Translations under genes and position numbers: made by a program | Part shown: piece by piece, positions 51,117 to 60,000 of the stretch | How positions within the stretch are numbered: position 1 is the first letter of the stretch | Layout: each line of letters starts with the position of its first letter | The notes under the pieces: generated by a model | What the model was told of the DNA's origin: nothing | What the model saw: the letters and a program-made list of their open reading frames with translations, nothing else | Databases searched by the model: none | NCBI GenBank assembly: GCA_965235115.1 | Contig: OZ249436.1 | Span: forward strand, 38,008,001-38,068,000 | Direction: 5' to 3' | Length of the DNA stretch: 60,000 bases | Source: Laetmonice hystrix | Lineage: Eukaryota

Positions 51117-54100
51117 CTGGAAACATACAGAAACATTATCAGGAGATGTTCGTGACCGCAAGATTTACCGTATATGTCCCTTTAGCCGCGCATGTGCGTG
51201 TGCAGAAAAGCAGTGCGCGGCAATAGGGAGGTTGCGACGGGAGCTTACAAAATTTTACACTAGGTGGCGCGTCGATTACAGGTTTCCGGCACAGCTTGTT
51301 TGAAAAAATGCGGGGTGCACGGCAAATAGGTAGTGCTCGGCTAAAGGGACATATACGGTAAATCTGTTGACGTTAGAGCCTTCAATGTCACTACCTGTCC
51401 TAACCTTATAAGAGAATCAAAATTTTGTCAAATATTTACAAATAAACATTAAACACATTTTTAATTATACAGTATTAAGATCATATGTAAAATGCTTACG
51501 TCTTTTTCCATTATTGTACACTCTTTGCAGTAGTAGGCATCTGATACACCAGGACCTCCACAGATGACACAGCGACCTTGGTATGACCCGTAGTTGCACT
51601 CATCGCAGATTCTTACCAGTGTACATGGCCGTACATAAGAGTCACAGATCACACATTTTCCGTCACCTACAACGAAAAGTAGATAGCAAACAGTGAGCAA
51701 ATACCGAAGATAAGGTATGACAGCACTAAGCCAGGCACCTCTAAAAAAAGGTAGTAAATTTCCTTTAACCAGTATGCAAGTGTACTACTGGTAATAAAGT
51801 AACACTGTATTTATATTGCATTTGGTAGTACTATTACATGTACAATCCACACATGATACAGAGCAGAGACAAATCTTCAATGTCCTGTCATCATATTATA
51901 GATGAAAGTTGTTTTTTTTTTTATCTTAAAACGGAATCAAAATTCAACCATCACCAGATATTAAAACAATACTCACACTTTTCACATAATCGTCCAATAG
52001 CTGAAACAGAAATCCAAATATAGTAATTAGTAAAATTTATTTTTACCAACATTGCAGAGAAAAGAATCATCGCTCTCTATCAGGCCAAGAAAAAAACTCC
52101 CGGTTTCTGGTATGGTCACGCGTCACTTCTTGCCCTCACCTTGGATGACTGTGTGAATTGTGCTGCCACCTAGCAGTAAGGCTTGAAACTAACCATTGTT
52201 GTAATGGAAACCCTTTGACTACCCTGCCAGACCCTTTGACTTTCTCACCGGTTTCGTAAACAAATCAGGTCGTTTTGTAAACAGTGTGAAAAGTATTGTA
52301 GAAATCCATGATATATGATCAGGGTGTAAAATTGGGGGCGAGACAGAGTGCGCCCTCTGGGCGCAGAGGCCCCCTGTCCAATGCGCCCGGATTTAGTTCA
52401 GTGCGCCCGATTTTAAATTGCGCCATAGTGACGGTGGCGAACCCCCCCCCCCCCCATGTAACACATTTTTCTAAACAATAATTTGTGCATGTGTAATGCA
52501 GACAAAAAGGTGGATGAGTCATAAGACATACAAGTTTTGATTTTTATTCCCACCCGGCACTCACTAGTCAGGGCCGTAGCCTGCAGGCCCCCCCCCCGGA
52601 TTTCCAGTTTTTTGTGTTTTTTAACCCACACCCCGGGCCAGCTTGACCGGCGCAATGACGCGCTATCACATGGCAGGTCTACTGCCCCCCTCCCCCCAAC
52701 GGATTTGGGCCAGGCTATGGCCCTGCTAGTAGTCAGTGACAACAGGGCTGCGGCTCTCACTCGTAGGCTGCAGACACCTTGACCCAGCCTTCTGCCAGTG
52801 ACGGACAGCTTGGCTGGGGTCGAACATGTCCACCGTGTCCACCCCCAGTGTGGAATGGAATAATCAATGACTGCGCTCTGGATGGATCATCCCATTCCAT
52901 GAATACGGAAGGCAGAGTACACAGTCTGGCGACTGCTGTGACACACGTGTGGCTCGCCCAGTTAGAAGGTCATCGCTGGCGCAAGACGGCAAATCATCCA
53001 ATGCGCCCGGCGGGCGCAGAGGGTCATCATGTGGATGCGCCCGGAGCAAAAATAATGCGGCATGCCGCACCGCTAATTTTACACCCTGATGATTAAAAGT
53101 TACACATAATGAACCAGCGAGTACATTTACATTATGCTGTGCACATTAAGTCAATGTTATTGGACGATGATAATGATATTACAGTAGACCAATTCCGTGC
53201 ACCACTCTCCATACCAGGGCATCCGCCAGAGGGGGGGACGGGGGGGATTTATCCCCCCCATGATTGGGACATGAGGGGGATATCCCCCCCATAAATCTGC
53301 AGAGCTATTCTCGCTCTGAGAGGCCAGGAAAACGCATCTCCAGAGTTCATGAAAAAAAAATTTCTGGGGGAGGGCCCCCAGACCCCCCCCCCCCCGTTCC
53401 GGGCTCGCCCGTCCCCCCCCATTAATTATTTTCTGGCGGAAACCCTGCATACCCCGCACCCCGGTGAGCTCTATACCCAAGGAACTGCATACGGTGCATT
53501 GATCGGATATGGAAATCTGTGGAGGTTTTGCTGGTATTACGGAGCCGGCAAAATCAGAGCAATCTGATGCTAAATTGCACTGCATCGAAATTCAAATTTC
53601 CCAAACGCATAGAAATCTACAAACCGCTTCATTATCTGCCACTCCTATGAACAGATTCCAAACATTTAGTGACTTTTCCGTTGGATTCTACCTACTATTC
53701 ACGTGAAATCGCCTGTCGAAAACCGTTTCGGGCCACTTGACTGAAGTGAAAAATGCAGCCTGCCGGACCGTAGATTTAGAACCCGATTTGTTGACTTCCA
53801 TTGTGACGTCACAATATCTTTGCTTTTTCCAAAGTCTACTGTGATATAATAATATCACCATGGTCGTCATAAGACAGTGTTACTAAGTGATATGTCACTC
53901 CCGGTAACTCGGTCAATCCAGCGTTTTGTAGGCCTACTTATTCTTTGCCTTTGGCCTGATGGCCGTATCATTATCAATGACTATGGAAAGCTGAAAAAAA
54001 AAACCAGATAAAACTGCGCTCGTCCCTGGGTAGCACCTAAGTTATATTATAGTATACTGTACCCAAAACGACCTATATTTGTTTACGAAACGTCTGAGAA

Positions 54101-56270
54101 TCCGTTGACGAAACGTCCTGTATACGAAACGACTGGCACCCCATTGACCAACCCTCATTCTGACCAAAATCGAACACCTCTCTCTAGGACCCCCATTAAC
54201 GGCTTTTTATAATGGACCGTGACGCCTTGGCATACATCCCAAACCCCGCTGAGCGTTACGCGAGTCAGTTTTAATAGCGAGCGCAAGCGAGCCGCGCAGC
54301 GGCTCGCGAAGCGAGCTCTATGACAACACGTGTGAAACGGTAGCCAAGGTGACACATACCGTCTCACCAAAAAATTTCGTCACATAAAACCGGAACAACC
54401 ATGGAGCAAATCCATGGAGAAATCCATGGAGGGTCATGTGACCCTTGCAGAGCGTGTCTGATTTGTGACGTCACAGTGAACAAACGGTCGCGTGAATGTT
54501 TGTTCACTGTGACTAGCCATGGCAAGCCATTTTGAAACGTCACAAAAATAATTTTTTTAAAGATGTCATTTTATTCACCACGATGTTAATATGAAAAATC
54601 TTTTTGAATTTTGTCCCTAGCCCAAATATTAAATGAGATACACACGTTTTTCTCTCTCAAGAATTGGACCTTAAAATGAGCATTTTTTTCAAAAACGGGA
54701 AAAAAGTGACCCAATCAATTTTCAAGGTAAAAAATGCTTTTATTATGGCCAAATTTATATTAAGATGATTCACTGGGACATGTACATGGTAATGAAAAAC
54801 CAAAAAATTATAAATACCATATCATTGTCATCACAATACCTGTAGAAATAGGGTACTCTCCATCGAAAAACGGCGCCCGAACACTCTTTTCATACATTTT
54901 TATACATTATAGCAACAGATAAGCCAATCTTTGTTAATAAATTGCTTTAAAAAAAACTTTTTTTCAGGAATTAGAATAATAGAAGCAAGAATTTGCTCAG
55001 ATGTTACAATCTGATGAACATATTTTTAGACCTAGGGGGCCTAACAGTTGTAATAGGCAGGCAAGCTAAACTCCCAGTCCCACCACTGACCAGCCCGGGG
55101 AGGGGAGGAGCGGGCCGGGCCGGGACGTCCCGGCACCCGTTCGATGGGGTCGGGCGTCAGGGTCGGAGGCGGAGCCTGGGTTGGCCCGGCGGAGTTGGCC
55201 AGGGGCAGGCCGGCTGCCTGCGGCGGGGCCGTGGAGGTCGGGAGCCCGGTCGCTCCCACCCCGGTTGCGGGCTACGCAAACCCGCCTACACGAGTACAGC
55301 CGGGAGTTAGCGGCTTGCTCCCCGCCGACCCATGCAGTCTGGACTGGGGCGAAATGGCTTTCCGAGTGGGCTGAATAGTCTTCTACCAGTGGGGCGAATC
55401 GTCTTTTCGAGTGGGGTGAATCGACCGGGGCAAATACCGAATCGAAGGCCCCTGAGTATGAGCGATAATAGATAATTTCATGGGGGCAGCCATGACACTC
55501 TTCAACTTGGCGGGACGGACACGATGTCTTTGCCTGACATTTAAATGTTGAATACGTCAATTTACTTCCAAAACGATACTTCCTGCTAAAATTAGACATC
55601 CAATATTGCCCTCTAATCTATGTAAAAGGAGCGTATATTACTTATAACGATAAAGTATCTGGCGTCGAATACTTCAAAATCATTTACCAGCACGTGTTTC
55701 CAGGGCAGAACGTTTGACATGCGTATTTACTCAAACTATATTCATTTCTCCTTCGATCCCCTTAGTTTTTTAGTCTATTCAGCCTAATATTTCATCACAA
55801 TCGGCCGTAATTGGCCGGGTGTCTTTCTGGGTCAGGAATTCTGAGTTCCGACATTTTGGGTTGTGCCACCTAGCGAGCATTGCCATCGCTACTGTGACGC
55901 CACAATATCCCGACGTCCGTGCTGCTAGGTGACCAGTCCTGACCATCGTATATTGTTATAGTTGTAGGCCTCCCATCGCTGCATGCGCTCGCCCTCTAGG
56001 TAGCACCTACATCATATTATTCTAGTTTTAAGACTGGTAAAATGAACTAAAAACCGGCGGTTAGGGGCCTATTATCGCTCAGGCTGCTGAGCGATAATAA
56101 CAGACACACATGATCTTCCTGGCATTGCCCCAGGATTTTAGGAAATTTACACCTTATTTCGCTAAAGCAAGTTTCAGTCCTAGAACACTAAATACGTCCG
56201 AAAACGGATAAAACTCACCAACTCCTGGCTGTTTCCGACAAAAGATTAAATCTGGGTGATGTTTCGCCAT
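51027..56270 (-). CDS. PHF5A: PHD finger-like domain-containing protein 5A (SF3b subunit), complete, 110 aa
   Basis: complement(join(51027..51116,51500..51666,51977..52000,56219..56270)) = 333 nt: [110 protein letters not shown]; all introns GT-AG. Confidence 0.98.
51168..51358. mobile_element. pogo/Tigger-like MITE in PHF5A intron 3
   Basis: TA|CCGTATATGTCCCTTTAGCCG...CGGCTAAAGGGACATATACGG|TA. Confidence 0.9.
51500..51666 (-). CDS. PHF5A: PHF5A exon 3
   Basis: gtag|GT GAC GGA AAA ... GAA AAA GAC|gtaagc; 167 nt. Confidence 0.98.
51977..52000 (-). CDS. PHF5A: PHF5A exon 2 (24-nt microexon)
   Basis: tttcag|CTATTGGACGATTATGTGAAAAGT|gtgagt encodes (A)IGRLCEK(C). Confidence 0.95.
52320..53088. 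mobile_element. MITE with 5-bp TSD in PHF5A intron 1
   Basis: ATGAT|CAGGGTGTAAAATT...AATTTTACACCCTG|ATGAT. Confidence 0.9.
52569..52725. mobile_element. Nested MITE with 5-bp TSD
   Basis: CTAGT|CAGGGCCGTAGCCTG...CAGGCTATGGCCCTG|CTAGT. Confidence 0.9.
53215..53447. mobile_element. MITE with 5-bp TSD
   Basis: CATAC|CAGGGCATCCGCCAGA...TCTGGCGGAAACCCTG|CATAC. Confidence 0.85.
56219..56270 (-). CDS. PHF5A: PHF5A exon 1
   Basis: ATG GCG AAA CAT CAC CCA GAT ... GGA GTT G|gtgagt; 52 nt. Confidence 0.97.
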
Positions 56271-56569
56271 TCTGATATTGTCGTTTCACGCCGACGCTCC
56301 CCACACGCTTCCGGAAGTACAGACTCAAATGCACGATAGTAAGAAATAGTCCATGAAGATCGGAAATGGCAACTTATTAAATTTATTCGAAAGTAAATAG
56401 CCGTTTCCTTTTTACTATTTTCTATCAATACGAAGTACACTTTTTCTAGCATACTTTTTCCAATGTCTTGCCTTGGTTGGCGTGGTCAACCTTACGATTA
56501 GGATGTTCTATAGCCTGTATAGGGATAAAATCCTGAAGTCGCGTTATTGATCGAGCCACATGGTTCAAG
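56271..56569. promoter_or_regulatory. Bidirectional promoter and 5' UTRs shared by PHF5A and DDX47
   Basis: 299 bp between divergent ATGs; palindromic ETS/GABP-type CTTCCGGAAG at 56308-56317; YY1-like ATGG contexts at both starts. Confidence 0.75.
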
Positions 56570-56641
56570 ATGGAGGCACAAGAGAGTACGCATGGGGAAG
56601 GGGAGGAGAAAAATGTTGAAGACGTGACATTTAAGTCATTG
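56570..56641 (+). CDS. DDX47: DDX47 exon 1
   Basis: aagATGg strong Kozak context; ...TFKSL|gtaagt. Confidence 0.88.
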
Positions 56642-59600
56642 GTAAGTAATAATCAAGTAATAAATATCTCTATTGCATGATTTTCTGACAATTAGCGTAC
56701 ATGTCTTTTCTCAGCCAGTGTCACTCGTCACCCAGTTTCCATCATTATGTCGTGATAATCATGGATGATGATCATGCCTGGTTAGGATTTGTGTCGACGT
56801 TCAGTCAGAGACCGATAGACGGCGCCATGTGTCTAACAACGGGTCTCCCCCCCCCCCCCCCCGCTTTCTAAACGGTGTCTTGCAGAATACCGTATTCGCG
56901 TATAGTTGGCGAGTTACTGTGGCCAAGAAAACGCGTTCTAAAATCAGTAATATAGAATTAGGACTTGGTTGGGGATTAGCTGTTACTTGTCTTGTGTTTA
57001 TAATTATAGAAAAAAAAATTATATTAAAAACGCAGTGGTTAAGGCTATGTCTATGAAGCAATGCCCTCCCCGATTGGTGACAATCGGGTCGGCGCCTATT
57101 CGGCTTGGTAGGCGATCGTCTCTGATCAAATATCTACTTTTTTGATATTGAAGTGGGGGGCGATCGGGAGTGCTTTGTGCTGACTGGGTCCCGACTGCCT
57201 ATGACCCACTGGCGCCTGATCACATCCCGAATTCAGGATCGCACGTGATCGGCCACGATTTTTGTCAGTGTGTCATAGATTTTATTCAAACTAATAAATA
57301 AATTAGTTTGACTAATTACCGACACGAAACAATGTGTTTGGGTTAGGGTAAAGGTTAGGCATAGGATTAGTATTAGTTTAGTTCCAAAATTGTTGTTTAT
57401 TCTACGTTGGGGATGCTGTTATTTATATTTCGAACGAGTCAGTTCAGTTCAATGCATTTCGGAGATCTGCTCCTGTAGTATAGGACATACTGGTCATCAT
57501 TAGTTTTTTTACATGTGCTGTTTGAATAAATCCAAACAAAATTTGATTTTTCCAGGGTATTGTAGATGTCCTTTGTGAGGCCTGTGAACAGCTAAAATGG
57601 AAAATTCCAACCAAAATTCAGAGAGAGGCATTGCCTGTGGCTCTCGAAGGTAAACTGAAAACTATTGGTATTATAATTGTGGTACATAGTACATGTACAT
57701 TTGCATTTACACAAATAATAGATAATTCATACAAAGGTTACAATATAATATATACATGTACTTCTACTTTCATAAAAAAGAATAAAACCAAGTTGTAGAT
57801 CAGCTAATCAGAAATATCAATTTCTGAAAGAAGTATATCACCCTTAAAAGATCAATAGAATTCGTCATAACTTTGAATACTGGAATGGATAGGCAGGAAT
57901 GTATGCAGTTGTCTTTATTTTTCCTCAGGAAAGGACTTGATTGGCCTGGCAGAGACTGGATCAGGAAAGACTGGAGCTTTTGCTTTACCTATACTTCAGG
58001 CACTGTTGAACAATCCCCAGCGATTGTTTGCTCTTGTTCTTACACCAACCAGAGAACTTGCTTTCCAGATCTCAGAGCAGTTTGAAGCTTTGGGTTCTTC
58101 AATAGGGGTCAAGAGTGGTATGTATCTAAATTATCATGAATACAGAGTACTATTGAGAGCATTGTATAGCTCTTTGTAATCATTATTGCTGATTAAAACA
58201 TTTAATACAATGAATTTAATGCTTGTCAGATACACAGATGGCATAATGGATGCTGAGTGTCTATGACTATGCAATTATCAAAATAAACTACTGTAAATTC
58301 GCTATTTGAGGCTGCACCTCTAATTGAAGCCGCACCCTGAATTTTTGAATTCACTCCTAAAGTTTAGAAAACCCCTATAAAGCCCAACCCCACCCTCAGG
58401 ATGAGCCTGTCATCCTCATGGCTCACCTTAGCATGAGCCTGCAGGTGCGGATCCAGGAATTTTTGCAGGGGAGTGGGTCCGGAAGATGCGAGCCATCGGG
58501 GGAGGGGCCCTTCCCCGATAACACTGCAAAAATCTAAGTTGGTCCCGAGCGGGGGGGGGGGGGGGGGGGTCCGAACCCCCTCCCCCTGGATCGGCACACG
58601 TCTGGCCTGCCATCCTCATGGCCCACCTCAACATGAGCCTGCCATCCTCATGACCCACGCTGTCACTCACTGACGCGGCTCGACCTTTTCTGCTAGTTCT
58701 ACACTCCCCCTTCCACCACTGGTACTACATGTGATTATGTAACGCAACATGTTCACGAGTCTGAAGTCCTCTGAAGCCAGGCAGTGTTCTTTATAACACA
58801 CCATCGCTGTGTATTTTCTGACATGTCTGATAACCTACATACGGCGAGATCAAAAGAGAAACAGGTTTATACATGAACCCCCAGCTGTTTTATATGAGTA
58901 CTGGCTCACTGTCAACCCCGACTGGTAGATGAACCCATTTTCGCTCACTCACCATTGATAGTCCTGTGACCTGTTGCATAAAAAAATCCCCGCCCGCTCT
59001 GTTAAAATGCCCCGTTAAAATAGCGGGGACCTTTTAGGTGCCCGTTAAAAAACAACAGTTAACGGGAACTGTAGCAGGTGGGAATTTACATACCTGCCAA
59101 CCCTTCCGCATTCTGCGGAATCTTTCCGCATTTGAATGAGGTATTCCGCATTCCGGATTACTCTCTAAATATTACGGAATCATAAAATTTACAGAATAAG
59201 TATAGATTCCCTCCAAATCTCTCGCTCATGGCAGAGTTTCACTGGCAGAAAGATCATTTATGGTCCCTGCCATATAACTAGATCTCTAGACTAAAGTTTA
59301 GTAAATCAGGGTTGTGCTTTCTGTCAGTAATGGAGAGGAAGAAAGAGATGTGGATAAAAGAAAGGGGCCCATAGAGAGAGTATCAAAAGTCAATTTGGGA
59401 TGATTCCGGATTCCGTCAACCAAATGTTGGCAGGTATGAATTTATTATGCAATGCAACATCCCGTTAACTGACCGTTAGCGGAGGATTTAACAGGCGGAG
59501 ATTTTTTATGCAACGCACCCCTGGAATGTTTCCACTGATTACTCTAATTAATGCTGCACCCACAAATTTTAATTTTGCAATTTAAGCACTTTGGCCCGAC

Positions 59601-59857
59601 ATTACTCTAATTAAAGCTGCGGCTTTGAATAGAGAATTTACGGTAGTAGAAATTAAATGTTACATAAGGTATTTTTCATTTTCTCAATGAATTGCCTGGT
59701 CCTTAAAAAAAAGAAAGGAAAAAAATCTGTGAATTTAAATGAAAGTGGTGTTTTATTACAATTCTTTCTGAACTCTTGTTTGCAGTGGTGATTGTGGGTG
59801 GAATGGAAATGATGACACAGTCCCTGATGCTGGCTAAAAAACCTCATATCATCATAG
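56570..59857 (+). CDS. DDX47: DEAD-box RNA helicase DDX47 (Rrp3), exons 1-4; gene continues beyond the window
   Basis: join(56570..56641,57556..57649,57929..58117,59786..59857): [143 protein letters not shown] motif, motif I (AETGSGKT), motif Ia (PTRELA) and DDX47-type [11 protein letters not shown]. Confidence 0.95.
57310..57400 (-). mobile_element. Fragment homologous to the interior of the 1065-1399 MITE
   Basis: Reverse complement ACTAATACTAATCCTATGCCTAACCTTTACCCTAACCCAAACAC matches ~1241-1285. Confidence 0.7.
57556..57649 (+). CDS. DDX47: DDX47 exon 2
   Basis: tttccag|GGT ATT GTA ... GAA G|gtaaac; 94 nt. Confidence 0.95.
57929..58117 (+). CDS. DDX47: DDX47 exon 3
   Basis: cctcag|GA AAG GAC ... 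AGT G|gtatgt; 189 nt; motifs I and Ia. Confidence 0.97.
58442..58600. mobile_element. GGATCCAGG-type MITE inserted in a short minisatellite
   Basis: CAGGTGCGGATCCAGG / CCTGGATCGGCACACG, flanked by ATGAGCCTG(T/C)CATCCTCATG repeats. Confidence 0.65.
58967..59520. mobile_element. Harbinger-like MITE, CTG TSD, nested
   Basis: CTG|TGACCTGTTGCATAAAAAAATC...GATTTTTTATGCAACGCACCC|CTG. Confidence 0.7.
59089..59438. mobile_element. hAT-like MITE with 6-bp TSD, innermost nested element
   Basis: AATTTA|CATACCTGCCAAC...GTTGGCAGGTATG|AATTTA. Confidence 0.88.
59786..59857 (+). CDS. DDX47: DDX47 exon 4
   Basis: tttgcag|TG GTG ATT GTG GGT GGA ... ATA G|gtaaga; 72 nt. Confidence 0.95.
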
Positions 59858-60000
59858 GTAAGAAACTTCTGTGTTGTCATTGTTCCATTTGGATAAAGAA
59901 GTTCTTCATGTCGGGTTTTCTTGTGTAGAACACTACACAGACAGCGGTACAGCAATCACCTAAATTCATGCAGCCCTTCTCTAGCATTTGTGCAGAACAG

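Larger units (their letters stand above)
58291..59643. mobile_element. pogo/Tigger-like element filling most of DDX47 intron 3
   Basis: TA|CTGTAAATTCGCTATTTGAGGCTGCA...TGCGGCTTTGAATAGAGAATTTACGG|TA. Confidence 0.8.

Overview
Eukaryotic (metazoan, probably marine invertebrate; organism is inference) genomic DNA, intron-rich and dense in MITEs and tandem repeats. Three spliced protein-coding genes are supported. (1) A six-exon + strand gene (29141-35585, 532 aa if the ATG at 29141 is used) encodes a beta-rich UPA-like region, two death domains and an S/T-P-rich linker with degron/NLS-like motifs, behind a CCAAT/CRE/TATA-like promoter. (2) Complete PHF5A lies on the - strand (56270-51027, 110 aa). 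(3) The first four exons of DDX47 lie on the + strand (56570-59857, running off the window), head-to-head with PHF5A across about 300 bp. The first 28 kb and 36-50 kb show no convincing genes. They hold satellites (63, 82, 24 and 56 bp units), microsatellites and many non-autonomous DNA transposons, several nested. The most interesting signals are the tandem death-domain gene and a strong excess of TAGGCCTA/TACATGTA palindromes that may be transposon excision footprints. No prokaryote-type system, CRISPR array, tRNA/rRNA gene or intact transposase was seen. All calls were made by eye; no database searches were run.
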